Shown here one piece after another: positions 50,863 through 61,246 of a stretch of 64,000 nucleotides of DNA. The stretch comes from Candidatus Bathyarchaeum tardum (GTDB lineage: Archaea; Thermoproteota; Bathyarchaeia; Bathyarchaeales; Bathyarchaeaceae). The translations under genes were made by a program, and so were the position numbers. Position 1 is the first letter of the stretch; every line of letters starts with the position of its first letter. Below the pieces are notes generated by a model. The model did no database searches and was not told the origin of the DNA. It was given only the letters and a program-made list of their open reading frames with translations. The stretch spans positions 1,184,001-1,248,000 of the forward strand of contig CP122380.1 in the NCBI GenBank assembly GCA_024650005.2. The letters are read 5' to 3'.

Positions 50863-51660
50863 GTGGAAAAACTGGTACAACCAATATCTGGACAAGCAAT
50901 ATATGTTGTTTTATTGAGAGAACTAAAAAGGTACTGGCGAGCAAAAGCCCGAGTAATTTCATCTGTTGCTCAAAGCATATTCTTTTTAGCTATTTTCGGT
51001 TTAGGGTTAGGAAATTTTGTTGGTCCAGTTGGAGAAGTAAACTACCTTTCGTTCATGGCACCGGGAGTAATCGGCATGGGTTTATTGTTTGGCTCTGTTT
51101 TTTCGGGGGTTTCAATAATATTTGACCGCCAATTTGGTTTCATGAAAGAAATGATGGTTGCACCAGTAAGCAGAACCAGCATAATTATTGGAAAAATATT
51201 AGGGGGCGCAACTACAGCAACAATTCAAGGCATAATTCTATTAATAATCGCATCATTAATGGGAGCTTTTACCCTTTCATTAGCTTTTGTAGGTAATGCT
51301 TTTGTCACCATTTGGGCAATGCTTCTAATTACAGCAGGATTTGTTGGTCTAGGAGTAGCAATTGGCTCATCTTTGAATGATTTTCATGCATTTCAACTAC
51401 TTTCAACTTTTGTAATGTGGCCATTATTCATGCTTTCAGGAGTATTTTTCCCGATCGATGCAGCTCCATTTATACTTCAAGTTGCCATGTTAGCAGACCC
51501 AATGTTTTATGGAGTCGAACTACTTCGATGGTGTTTACTTGGTTCAGCATCAACAATACTTGGACCGCTAGGTTGGTTAATCAGTCTAGTAGTTGTTATC
51601 GGTTTTAACTCGTTGATGATAAGTTTAGGAACTTTCTTGTTCTCACGGACCCAAATTTAA
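50863..51660 (+). CDS. ABC-2 type permease
   Basis: DRQFGFMKEMMVAPVSR, LSGVFFP. Confidence 0.93.
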   Translation: MEKLVQPISGQAIYVVLLRELKRYWRAKARVISSVAQSIFFLAIFGLGLGNFVGPVGEVNYLSFMAPGVIGMGLLFGSVFSGVSIIFDRQFGFMKEMMVAPVSRTSIIIGKILGGATTATIQGIILLIIASLMGAFTLSLAFVGNAFVTIWAMLLITAGFVGLGVAIGSSLNDFHAFQLLSTFVMWPLFMLSGVFFPIDAAPFILQVAMLADPMFYGVELLRWCLLGSASTILGPLGWLISLVVVIGFNSLMISLGTFLFSRTQI

Positions 51661-51727
51661 TTTTAGCAATCAACGCCTTTTTATTGTATCAACACCAATC
51701 CTGTCAGTATTAAAAGAAGGCGAAACA

Positions 51728-52240
51728 ATGACAATCATCATAGACGATGCAGGAATGGGAGACCTACTATTTGGAGTAGTTATTGCAGCTTTTCAAGATT
51801 CAACACAAGAATTCCGATATGGCGTTATTGATGTAAAATATTTTCAGGGCAAATATTTCACTAGCAAAACATACCTAAAACAAGCAGCGAAAATTGTAGA
51901 TAAATTACTAACTGAAATTAAACTAAACTCTGATGAAGAAATTCACTTGTGCAGAGGCTACATTTTTGATGAAGCAATCAACAAACTAAAGCAAAAATAT
52001 GGAGAAGACAAAATCAAACGAATTAAAGTAGTTGGAGACACCCAAGACCTTGCTGAAACGGCTTATCTTGATGAAATTAGAAATCTCGGTTACGAACCAA
52101 TCGAAGAACGGGAAACAAAGCGTGCGAAAAGCTTTTTTCATATGATGGATTGGCTAAAAAAGAACCCGAATATGAAAAAATACGCCAAAACAGGATGGCC
52201 ACGCCTGCAAAGATACAAATTCTTTAAGATAAACAAATAA
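51728..52240 (+). CDS. Conserved hypothetical protein, paralog of 8841..9371
   Basis: IIIDDAGMGDLLFGVVI, LCRGY, GDTQ, KTGW. Confidence 0.7.
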   Translation: MTIIIDDAGMGDLLFGVVIAAFQDSTQEFRYGVIDVKYFQGKYFTSKTYLKQAAKIVDKLLTEIKLNSDEEIHLCRGYIFDEAINKLKQKYGEDKIKRIKVVGDTQDLAETAYLDEIRNLGYEPIEERETKRAKSFFHMMDWLKKNPNMKKYAKTGWPRLQRYKFFKINK

Positions 52241-52458
52241 AAATTTATGACCTTACTTTTAATTACTATTAAATCCACGCTTGCCAGTAGATGTATGCAT
52301 ACTAGCATTCATAGCAATTGCAAACTCTGAATTTAAAAAATGAAAACATTTCCTACAACTTTAGACAATTATATGTTTCATATCTGCATGATTCAAAATA
52401 AAAATAAAAAGAGAAAACCTGCTAAAGCAGGATTAATTTTACTTGTTCCAGATCACAG

Positions 52459-53223
52459 TTAAATAGTAACTCTGAAGGAAGTTTGTTTTGTTTTATGTCG
52501 AATGTTGATTGTAATCAGCACTGCTGTCATTAACTCTAAACTCACTGAGCACAATAATGGACCAACTTCGATTCCTCTTAGGTGCCTAATAGAGTTAGTT
52601 AATTCAATTATTTTTGTCAGGGCTTCTTTGTCGTCAGAGGCAATAAAAACGTCTACACCATCAAGAGGTCGTTCGATATGTATTAAGCGGTGAGCACTGA
52701 TTGTTTTGTATGCGGCAACAACAGGTATGTTTTCTGGGACTATTGCGGCGAGGTGCTTGCTACCTGAACCTTCAGGGAATGTTTCACAAACAAAAGTCTT
52801 TCCAATTCGTTTCAAGGGAACAGTTACATCAACTAGGATTGTTCCCGGGTTCATGTTAGGCAGAAGCTGTTCAAGAGTACTTTTTGCATACTCAAACGGA
52901 ACAGTCAAAAGTACTGCATCAACATCTTTTACTGCATCCTCGTTTTGCATTCCAACAATGTTCTTTTTTGCCAGTTCTAATTCAGCAGCGGTTGTGAATT
53001 CTTTTTTTTCGACCCAGTCCATTTTGTTTTCTGGAAACAAAAGTTCCAAAGCTTTTGCTACTTTGTCTATGTTTGTATTTAATTCATCGATGATTCTTTG
53101 AGCTTTTTCAAGGCTACGAGAACCAACTTTAATTTCGTGGCCAGCCATAGCTAATCGAAGAGCCAAACCCTGACCTTGATTACCGGTTCCACCAATAAGT
53201 CCAATCTTCATACTTTTCGCCAC
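52459..53223 (-). CDS. fno: F420H2:NADP+ oxidoreductase
   Basis: IGGTGNQGQGLA.RLA..G...VGSRS, TVPF, DVTVPL, AAYKTISA. Confidence 0.9.
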   Translation of the reverse strand: MAKSMKIGLIGGTGNQGQGLALRLAMAGHEIKVGSRSLEKAQRIIDELNTNIDKVAKALELLFPENKMDWVEKKEFTTAAELELAKKNIVGMQNEDAVKDVDAVLLTVPFEYAKSTLEQLLPNMNPGTILVDVTVPLKRIGKTFVCETFPEGSGSKHLAAIVPENIPVVAAYKTISAHRLIHIERPLDGVDVFIASDDKEALTKIIELTNSIRHLRGIEVGPLLCSVSLELMTAVLITINIRHKTKQTSFRVTI

Positions 53224-53304
53224 GCTAACTCAATCTAATCGGAATAAATAAATTTAGCGTAAAAAGAAAATTAAAAATACATGTAAAAACTTAAAACTAT
53301 AATG

Positions 53305-53367
53305 TGATATGTAGCAGGATGATAACTCCTTTCTCTCTCTGGAATTTTTCAATCTTGCTACATATCA
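53305..53367. other. 16-bp stem-loop in intergenic region
   Basis: TGATATGTAGCAGGAT / ATCTTGCTACATATCA (one G-T pair) enclosing a 31-nt pyrimidine-rich loop. Confidence 0.65.
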
Positions 53368-53468
53368 TACCTAATTATTTTTCAAAAAAGACTTAAGCAT
53401 TCTGAAACAATGTTATAGAGCTAACTTCTAGGCATTTAGCAAAAAACCGGTAAAAAACAGAAAATGGT

Positions 53469-54782
53469 TTAATCTAAAAAGATTTTAACTGAACTCCCCG
53501 TAACAGTTGACAATAAGCTTTCAAGCTCTTTTTTTTGTTCATCCGCTCTTTTTTTTGCTTCTTCATGTTCTTTAGATAATCTATCGTTTTTAGCTTCCAG
53601 TAAACTTTTTTTAATTTCAAGACTTTTCAAAGAATCTTGTAATTCTGCTTTTTCATCTTTGCATTCATTTAATGCACCTGAAGAGAGCAATTCACGTTTT
53701 TTATCAAAAAATTGGGTGCAGTCACGTTGAAGTGACAATAAAACATCCTTTTGAACAATTCTTACAATTTGTTCTTTTGCTTTTCGTAACCTGCTTGGTT
53801 TAAGTTTCATTTTTTTGTTATTCAGTGCAGTATCAATTTTTTGCAGAATAGACTTCAACAAAGGATATCCTACTTTTTCAGTTGCCAAGGCTTCAAATGG
53901 ATTGTTCTGGTATTCAGCTAGTTTGCTGTTTGCATCAGGAGCAAGACTGTAACCAGGGTTGATCACTAAAGTTTGAAACTTTAAAAGAGATTTTTCCAGA
54001 TGCCGAAGCTCATATTTCACAGCTCCAGTCAATTCATTAATTTTAGAATTCAACTGTGCAAGGTCAAATAGTTCACTTTGATTTTGCAAAGCTTTCAATT
54101 TTTGTTGATTTTCTTTAATTTGCTTTTCAAGTTTTTCATGTTCGTCTGTTCTAGATTTTTCTGATGCATTATATTTTTTAAGTTCTTCCAAGACCTGTTG
54201 GAGTTCCACAATTTTTTGAGGAACACTTTCAATTTGTACCGCTTTAGAGTAATCATCAGATAAAAAAGCAATTAACGTTTGGTAGGGGTCTTCAGCTTTT
54301 TTGTAAGACGCATCGAATCGCCTGCGGGAAAGAATAAAATATGGGGCAAGAGCTTTAAACCATTTATTTTTTTCTTGATTGATTTTTTCCATGGCTTTAG
54401 TTAGTTTTTCAGATACCTCACCAAGAGTTTGGCTGTTAATTTCATCAGGAATAACAACCTCATCGATTAGATCAGAAAAATTACCCGCAAGTTTAAACAA
54501 AAACTTTGCACGCCGAAACGTTTTTCGGCTTCCGCGTGCCATTTCTTTTTCTGCATCCTGTATAAGTTTTTCAGAAGACTCAAAAAGTTCGTCAAGCCGA
54601 CTTTTGATATCATGGAGCAATTGGTTTGCTTGTCCATTAAGTGATTTAACTGTAGATTCCGTTTCTTTAGTTAACCAGTTGTGGACTTCATTCAGTTTAA
54701 GTTCTTGAATCTTGGAATTCTCCTGTGTTCTTTGTAGAGTAATTTTTAAACAGTGTTTAAAACATTTTGCAAAAAACGCCAA
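53469..54782 (-). CDS. Coiled-coil hypothetical protein
   Basis: Long K/E/L-rich heptad ORF; start uncertain. Confidence 0.75.
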   Translation of the reverse strand: MAFFAKCFKHCLKITLQRTQENSKIQELKLNEVHNWLTKETESTVKSLNGQANQLLHDIKSRLDELFESSEKLIQDAEKEMARGSRKTFRRAKFLFKLAGNFSDLIDEVVIPDEINSQTLGEVSEKLTKAMEKINQEKNKWFKALAPYFILSRRRFDASYKKAEDPYQTLIAFLSDDYSKAVQIESVPQKIVELQQVLEELKKYNASEKSRTDEHEKLEKQIKENQQKLKALQNQSELFDLAQLNSKINELTGAVKYELRHLEKSLLKFQTLVINPGYSLAPDANSKLAEYQNNPFEALATEKVGYPLLKSILQKIDTALNNKKMKLKPSRLRKAKEQIVRIVQKDVLLSLQRDCTQFFDKKRELLSSGALNECKDEKAELQDSLKSLEIKKSLLEAKNDRLSKEHEEAKKRADEQKKELESLLSTVTGSSVKIFLD

Positions 54783-54854
54783 ACATTACTCAAATATAGG
54801 TAGTTACTCTTAAATTAGTTGATATTGTAGAGTCAAAAACTAGGAGACAACATC

Positions 54855-55496
54855 ATGAACCTTAACAGACCAACCGTAAAACTTGCAGGCGCTGCAATAT
54901 TGGCTCCACTTACAATATTAATGCAAAGCTTACCCCCCATTTTTGTAACCCCTTGGATGTTACGAATAGACCTAGTCGCAATGCCATGGATGATTTGCTG
55001 GATATTATTTGGGATTAAACCAACATTACTATGCGTAGCCATCAGCTCACCACTCATTGGATTTGTTGGTCCAGCAGCAGGGGGACCAGTTGGAGCAATA
55101 ATGAAACCGTTAGCAACGATTTGGATGTTCTTAATTCCTGCCATTTTTGCAGCAAAAATTGGTGGAACAAAAAAACTCTTAGACAATAAACGGCTTTTCC
55201 TGTTCGCGGGAGTATTGGCAATTATAATAAGAGTTGTAGTTACTATTCTTGTCAATTTTTACTTCGCATTACCTGTATTCTACAACATGACACCAGATGT
55301 GATAATTGGCATGTTCTCAAGCACTGATTCTATTAGTTTCTTTGGAAATTCATTAGGACTAATTGGATTAGGAGCCTTCATCGGCGAAGTAGCTTTTTGG
55401 AACATCATACAAGGAATGATTGACATTGTTGCGGCATTTACAATTGGAGTCATACTCTTTAAAAGAATTCCAACATTAACCCCTGAAAATACGTAA
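54855..55496 (+). CDS. ECF transporter S-component-like membrane protein
   Basis: LRIDLVAMPW...FG...G.VGA.MK, NFYFALP. Confidence 0.75.
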   Translation: MNLNRPTVKLAGAAILAPLTILMQSLPPIFVTPWMLRIDLVAMPWMICWILFGIKPTLLCVAISSPLIGFVGPAAGGPVGAIMKPLATIWMFLIPAIFAAKIGGTKKLLDNKRLFLFAGVLAIIIRVVVTILVNFYFALPVFYNMTPDVIIGMFSSTDSISFFGNSLGLIGLGAFIGEVAFWNIIQGMIDIVAAFTIGVILFKRIPTLTPENT

Positions 55497-55576
55497 AAAA
55501 GTGTAACACTTACTTTTTTTATTTTTTTCCAAAAGGCTTTAGTGAATAACAGGTATATAGTATTCTAGGTGCTTAT

Positions 55577-56146
55577 GTGAAGTTAACAGTAGCAATAACT
55601 GGAGCAAGTGGAATAATTTACGGCAAGCGGTTACTAGAGGAATTGAGCAAAAACAATGTTGAGACACATCTTGTGATCAGTGAAGCAGCCAAAAAAATAA
55701 TTAAATTTGAACTAGAAGTCTCAGTTGATAATGTGAATGAATTGGCAACTCACGTTCACGAAATTGATGATTGGAGTTCTCCAATCGTTAGCGGTTCATA
55801 CAAAACTAATGGAATGGTAATTGTTCCGTGTAGCATGAAGACATTAGCAGGTATAGCTAATGGATTTGCAGAAAATGCGGTTTTGCGCGCTGCAGACGTA
55901 ATGATTAAAGAAAAAAGAAAACTAGTTCTTGTGCCACGTGAAACTCCCATAAGCAGTATTCACCTAAAAAATATGCTCGAACTATCTCAACAAGGAGTTC
56001 ATATTGTTCCAGCAATGCCTGCGTTTTATCATAAACCAGAAAACATTGATGCATTAGTCGATTTTGTTGTTGGAAGAATTTTAGATGTACTGGGAATTGA
56101 CCATCACTTGTACAAGCGATGGTCAGATATAAAAAAATCCAGTTAA
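55577..56146 (+). CDS. ubiX: UbiX flavin prenyltransferase
   Basis: ITGASG..YG, PCSMKTLA, RAADV..KE, PRETP, PAFYHKP. Confidence 0.95.
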   Translation: MKLTVAITGASGIIYGKRLLEELSKNNVETHLVISEAAKKIIKFELEVSVDNVNELATHVHEIDDWSSPIVSGSYKTNGMVIVPCSMKTLAGIANGFAENAVLRAADVMIKEKRKLVLVPRETPISSIHLKNMLELSQQGVHIVPAMPAFYHKPENIDALVDFVVGRILDVLGIDHHLYKRWSDIKKSS

Positions 56147-57114
56147 TCTTGAAGTTTTATTGAACTCTTAAAGACTTCGATGTCAACTTTTCCAGCACGG
56201 AAAGTTTTACCCGTAGCAGCATTGTTTATCACGAAAACTGCAGGAGCAAACAATCCAGGGTCAATCTTGTAGAAGTCATAGTCAGCTTCTTTGAAAATTT
56301 TCATGAAAGGTTGACCATAACCTTTTGATTTTGAAGCTGGAGCTTTTTCTAATAGTTCTTTTAGTGCTTCTTCATCTTCAGCGTTCACTGTGTAGTAAGC
56401 GGTACCAGCATAGATTATTGCGTCGTTTGTTCGTCCCATAGCCTGAGCAGATTTAGGGTGCACAGGTGCTATTGGAGCATAACCGCAACCATGACTAACA
56501 AGTTTAGGGTCAAATCCGAGTTCAGTTAGTTTGTGCAAACCAGTTTCAACGATTCTTCCAGAAATTTGAACAGAACCTGCAATACAACTGGTAGGTACAA
56601 GGACTAAAACCAGATTATTTGGATCTACTTTACATGCATCACAGATTTTGGTTATTGCTTCTTCAGTTGGCTCGGTTGAGGTTTCCAGAACAAGAACAGC
56701 AACATCTGAATTGTCAGTGTAAGCAATTTTTTCGTACAATTCTTTGGGTTTAAGAGATAAGGCTCGGGCAGGTCCAGATCCCATTGCAGTGTACTTATCT
56801 GCTTTGATTTGCCAGCCTGCAAACTGGGAACCTAAAGTTGAAATTGCAGGATAATCGGTATGAACTAGAACAGATGGAATGTCAAGATCATCATAGTTTT
56901 TGTAAACAATTTCGGCCGTTCCTAAGCCACCCAGACAAATTTCCGTAATGACTTTTCCTGCAGCGTAACCGCCTTTTGCTTCGATTCCAGCATCGATCAA
57001 GATAGCGCCTGAAGCAGTTTTTTTTACGACAACACCATATTCGTTGGCGTTGCCACAAAGTTCCATTGCTAGATTATATGCTAGTTGATTAACGCAAAGT
57101 TTTAAGTTTGTCAA
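56143..57114 (-). CDS. mch: Methenyl-H4MPT cyclohydrolase
   Basis: EICLGGLG, LGSQFAGW, GSGPARAL, GRIVETG.HK, MGRTND, DFYKIDP.LFAPA. Confidence 0.96.
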   Translation of the reverse strand: MTNLKLCVNQLAYNLAMELCGNANEYGVVVKKTASGAILIDAGIEAKGGYAAGKVITEICLGGLGTAEIVYKNYDDLDIPSVLVHTDYPAISTLGSQFAGWQIKADKYTAMGSGPARALSLKPKELYEKIAYTDNSDVAVLVLETSTEPTEEAITKICDACKVDPNNLVLVLVPTSCIAGSVQISGRIVETGLHKLTELGFDPKLVSHGCGYAPIAPVHPKSAQAMGRTNDAIIYAGTAYYTVNAEDEEALKELLEKAPASKSKGYGQPFMKIFKEADYDFYKIDPGLFAPAVFVINNAATGKTFRAGKVDIEVFKSSIKLQD

Positions 57115-57129
57115 AAGTTTTCACCAAAT

Positions 57130-57942
57130 TTATTCTAGATACTTTTCGTATGAACTTAGTTGTGAATTATTTGGTTGGGAAATGTATAGTTTCCCTTTTC
57201 CGTCAGCGGCCATATCGCCCTCAAAAAGATAAAAGGGACCAATTACCTTTTCGCCCTCAACTTTTACAGATTTTTTGATTTCTTCAATGGAAAATGACGG
57301 CAAAACGTCTTCAGTTTTGCCCATTAGAATAATTTTGCCACCAGTCATGTGTCCGCCTGCACGTCTTGCTGATTCGCCTTGAATCAAGATAGTTCCACCG
57401 TGCATGTGAACACCAGCGAATATGCCAACATTTCCCATTACTTTGATTAATCCACCTTTCATGTTGTTGCCAATTTCATTTCCTGCATTTCCATGAACAA
57501 TAACTGTTCCACCGGTCATGCCTTTATCGCTTCCCCTGTAAGCAGAACCGATGTAATCACCTGTATCACCTTTGATTTCGATTGTTCCACCTTTCATTTG
57601 GGAACCTGCCCATGAACCAGTGTTACCTGTCACTACTATTGAACCACCACGCATCATTTCACCAACGTGCCAACCAATTTCTCCGTCGACAAGTATTTTT
57701 CCTGAGGTCATGTTCATTCCAACGTTTCGCACTTTGCTTGCATCGCCTACAATTTTTATCATGTCTTTTGAGTCTGTATCATCGGAAATTTCGAATAGGT
57801 CAGCAAGGGTTAGTTTTCGGTTTCCTTCCCATGCTTCTAGTTCGCTGACTTCTTTGATTGTTTTTCCTGCAAAAACATCAGGAGTTATACTTCTTCCTTC
57901 AATTGGATATTTTGAAACAAATTTAGGTTTTAAAGTTACCAT
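57130..57942 (-). CDS. fwdC: Formylmethanofuran dehydrogenase subunit C
   Basis: GXGXG beta-helix repeats (M.GG.I.V.GN), GSAYRG. Confidence 0.95.
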   Translation of the reverse strand: MVTLKPKFVSKYPIEGRSITPDVFAGKTIKEVSELEAWEGNRKLTLADLFEISDDTDSKDMIKIVGDASKVRNVGMNMTSGKILVDGEIGWHVGEMMRGGSIVVTGNTGSWAGSQMKGGTIEIKGDTGDYIGSAYRGSDKGMTGGTVIVHGNAGNEIGNNMKGGLIKVMGNVGIFAGVHMHGGTILIQGESARRAGGHMTGGKIILMGKTEDVLPSFSIEEIKKSVKVEGEKVIGPFYLFEGDMAADGKGKLYISQPNNSQLSSYEKYLE

Positions 57943-57944
57943 TT

Positions 57945-59636
57945 TTATACCCCCGCTTTAACTGGTATAGAAATTGGATTATGTACAAATCCGTCCTGAA
58001 TTGGATAGTTTTCGTATTCTACGGTCACGTATTCTTTGAATCTTGCTTGAAGGTCGCCATATGCATCTGCAGGCATTTTGGTTTCAATGTTAAGGTGATG
58101 AACATTACCGAATACCTCTTTGACAACTTTTCCGTCTTTTACTACAATTTCGCCGCCTTTGATTGTGTAAGCTGCTTTCTTCAGAGCTTTTCGGAAAGTC
58201 AAGTATTTCTTGGCGATGTCTACTTGTTCAGGATTAATGTTGTAGATTGCAACATCTGCATCAGCTCCAACCCCGAGATGACCTTTCTGTTTCATTCCAA
58301 GAACCTTTGCAGTCCCTGCACGAGTCATAACAGCTAGTTCATATAATGTGAGTTCACGGTCGATTGTGGGCAACAAGCTTTTTCGTTTTGCTTGTCGGTG
58401 AATTTTCTTTAATACTTTCTCACGTGCATCTTTGCTCATTAACCAAGTAATGACCTTAGGATACAAAGTAAATGGTCCACCATTCGGGTGATCGGTGGTC
58501 ATAAAAATTTTCCAAGGGTCTTTAACTAAAAGAGCCATTTCCAAGCCAATTGACCATTGTAAAGCGTTTACTGGACTGGAGCGTTTATACTTTATTGGAA
58601 CAATACCACCGGCTGTTTCTACTCCAACGTCATGGTTTACCCACTTGTTTCCTGTTACATTGTACAAGCCAAACTGGGCAGGACCATCAGCAGTCATTGT
58701 TGTCGTATCAGTAAATGTTACTTGACCCATATCCATGGTTACGTGATTATGATTGTTCATGTATTTTGAAAGTTCTTCTGCACCAGACTTGAAAGTTGAC
58801 CAGTCTTCACCGCCATAAGCATTAAACTGGACGTGAGTGATGTGCATGATTGGTTTGTCGTATTTAGCCAAGTTTTCTACTGCTTTCATTGTCTCTAAAG
58901 TAACTGCACTGTTTCCAGGCTGACCTAGCCGGTTACAATGAAGATGAATAGAATGAGGCAAATTAAGCAAGGTATTGGCTTTAATTAATCCTCTAACAAT
59001 TTCTCGGGGAGTGATTCCAAAATTTGGAACTTCGTCATCAATTCCTCGTACGTTTCGTCCAAAGCCCCACGATTCTAAGCCTCCGGGATTAACTACTTTG
59101 ATTGCATATGCTTTAGAAGAGTTAAGCATCCATGCAAGGTGAGCCGCGTTTTTTTCAAGTAATCCATCTCGGATGTGTTCTAAACTGAACCACCAGTCAC
59201 CTAATAATGTGAAAATTCCACTATCAAGCATCGGTGTGTCTTTAAGTTCTTCATGAACATGACGTGCTTGAAGGGCAACAGCAGAAGGAGTCATAACGGT
59301 TGTGTATCCCATTCGAGAATAACGATAACCTGTTGTGTAAGTAGTAGGAAGAGAATATCCCACACCTGAATGTGTTATTGCAGTTTTGTATTCATAGTCT
59401 TGGTAGTGATCTTCCGGTCGCAGCATACGAGCGGTGTCTACTTCTCCACCGGCTATGTGGCTATGAAGGTCTACACCTCCAGGCATAACAACCATGCCAG
59501 AAGCGTCAATGACTTCTGCTTTGTCGCTAACAGATTCGACGATTTTGTCATCTCTGATGCAGATGTCCATTTTTTCTCCGTTTATTTTATTCAGGGGGTC
59601 ATAAACTAATCCATTTTTAATTATTAGTTCTTTCAA
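57945..59636 (-). CDS. fwdA: Formylmethanofuran dehydrogenase subunit A
   Basis: VMPGGVDLHSHIAG, K.VNPGG, HLHCN.LG.PGN, TTDHPNGGPF. Confidence 0.96.
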   Translation of the reverse strand: MKELIIKNGLVYDPLNKINGEKMDICIRDDKIVESVSDKAEVIDASGMVVMPGGVDLHSHIAGGEVDTARMLRPEDHYQDYEYKTAITHSGVGYSLPTTYTTGYRYSRMGYTTVMTPSAVALQARHVHEELKDTPMLDSGIFTLLGDWWFSLEHIRDGLLEKNAAHLAWMLNSSKAYAIKVVNPGGLESWGFGRNVRGIDDEVPNFGITPREIVRGLIKANTLLNLPHSIHLHCNRLGQPGNSAVTLETMKAVENLAKYDKPIMHITHVQFNAYGGEDWSTFKSGAEELSKYMNNHNHVTMDMGQVTFTDTTTMTADGPAQFGLYNVTGNKWVNHDVGVETAGGIVPIKYKRSSPVNALQWSIGLEMALLVKDPWKIFMTTDHPNGGPFTLYPKVITWLMSKDAREKVLKKIHRQAKRKSLLPTIDRELTLYELAVMTRAGTAKVLGMKQKGHLGVGADADVAIYNINPEQVDIAKKYLTFRKALKKAAYTIKGGEIVVKDGKVVKEVFGNVHHLNIETKMPADAYGDLQARFKEYVTVEYENYPIQDGFVHNPISIPVKAGV

Positions 59637-59649
59637 TTTAAATTCCTCC

Positions 59650-60045
59650 TTACTCTGTTCGTAGGTCAGCTAGTACTTCGTCGATAGTGAGAACTTTTTC
59701 AGTCGGTGCAGGTTCAATTTGACCTTCAACCCATTTGATTGAAGGCATACCTGTTCCGTGGGTTCTGTAATCCACAATATAGTTTACCCATGGACCATAA
59801 CTGATAAACACATATTTTGGTCCAGGAAGTTCATCAGTTTGGACAGCGCGCAAAACCACGCTACCGAATTGGGTTGTAAGTTTAACGTTGGTATTTGGTT
59901 CGATGCCAAGAGCTTCCATGTCTTGGGAATGCATTTTTACTTCCGTGACATCTTTGATGTAGACGTCGGAGAGTTTTCCCATCTCTTTGCCTCGACCTTG
60001 AATAATGCTTCGACCACTTTGAATCATAACATCCATTTTAGGCAA
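59650..60045 (-). CDS. fwdD: Formylmethanofuran dehydrogenase subunit D
   Basis: GRS..QG...E.GK, FISYGPW.N, THGTGMP..K. Confidence 0.93.
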   Translation of the reverse strand: MPKMDVMIQSGRSIIQGRGKEMGKLSDVYIKDVTEVKMHSQDMEALGIEPNTNVKLTTQFGSVVLRAVQTDELPGPKYVFISYGPWVNYIVDYRTHGTGMPSIKWVEGQIEPAPTEKVLTIDEVLADLRTE

Positions 60046-60144
60046 ACATCATCACTTGCAAAAAAGGGAAGTATAACAACCTATTAATGTTACTGGTTTT
60101 TTCCGTTAAAAAACTAGATTAGACCAAATACATATAAAAAACCG

Positions 60145-61227
60145 CTAATGATCCGTTAATCGCGTCTGTTTTTCAGCAGAAAACAAGTTAGAAAGGCGCA
60201 CACCAATTAAACGAACCTTTCGGTCAAGAAACAAATAATCTTTTACGAGATCAACAGCGGTTTTTTGTATGTCCTTTAGTTGGTCTGAAAAAATGGTTAA
60301 CGTTTTCCCGTGGGTATGTGTTTCAAAGTTTTCGTAACGTATTTTGATTGTAACTGTTTTGAAAAGAAAATCTGAAGCAACTAATTCTTGATGTAAATCT
60401 TCTGATAATGCATTAACAATATCTAAAACAATATCAAAATCGGACATGTCTTGTTGGAACGTTGTTTCTCGGCTCATTGATTTTTGTTCCCAATGTTCTT
60501 GAACATCACTTTCATCAATACCCTGAGCCATCAAATACAACTGAGTGCCTGATGAACCAAATTTTTCTGCTAGAATGTTTGGGTTATATTTTGCTAAATC
60601 CCCTATAGTTTTGATTGCCATATTATTTAGGCGGATTTCGGTTTTCTTTCCCACCCACAATAGTTTACGTACCCTAAGGGGCGATAAAAAAGATTCAGCA
60701 TCTTCAGGTTGCACAATTGTTAGACCGTCTGGCTTCACAAAGTCACTAGCTATCTTTGCCACAAGCTTGTTGGGTCCAACTCCAATCGAACAAGTTAATC
60801 GTTCTTTTTGGATTACTTCGTTTTTGATTTTTAGCGCTAATTGTTCTGCATCATCAAAATTATTAACATTAGTAGTAACATCCAAAAATGCTTCATCTAA
60901 GCCCCAACCTTCGAACTTATCGGCATAAGTTTGTAAGATTTTCATTATTCTTGCAGAAACTTTCCGATAAAGGGAATAATTTACAGGAAGAAAAATAGCA
61001 TCAGGACACAATGACCAAGCCCGTGTAATTGGAACCCCAGAGGTTATTCCATAATTACGTGCTTCATAATTACTGGTGCTTACTACTCCGCGTCCTTTGC
61101 CTTGTTTTGGGTCAGCACCTACTACTACTGGTTTGTCTTTAATTTCGGGGCGCTCTCTTTCTTCTATTGCTGCAAAAAAGTGATCCATGTCAACATGAAA
61201 AATTATGCGTTTTTTCTTTTTTGCCAC
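60145..61227 (-). CDS. dinB: Y-family DNA polymerase IV
   Basis: HVDMDHFFAAIE, SNYEAR.YG, LDEAFLD, NKLVAKIASD..KPDG. Confidence 0.96.
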   Translation of the reverse strand: MAKKKKRIIFHVDMDHFFAAIEERERPEIKDKPVVVGADPKQGKGRGVVSTSNYEARNYGITSGVPITRAWSLCPDAIFLPVNYSLYRKVSARIMKILQTYADKFEGWGLDEAFLDVTTNVNNFDDAEQLALKIKNEVIQKERLTCSIGVGPNKLVAKIASDFVKPDGLTIVQPEDAESFLSPLRVRKLLWVGKKTEIRLNNMAIKTIGDLAKYNPNILAEKFGSSGTQLYLMAQGIDESDVQEHWEQKSMSRETTFQQDMSDFDIVLDIVNALSEDLHQELVASDFLFKTVTIKIRYENFETHTHGKTLTIFSDQLKDIQKTAVDLVKDYLFLDRKVRLIGVRLSNLFSAEKQTRLTDH

Positions 61228-61246
61228 ATCTAAGAGCTTCCTTTTG

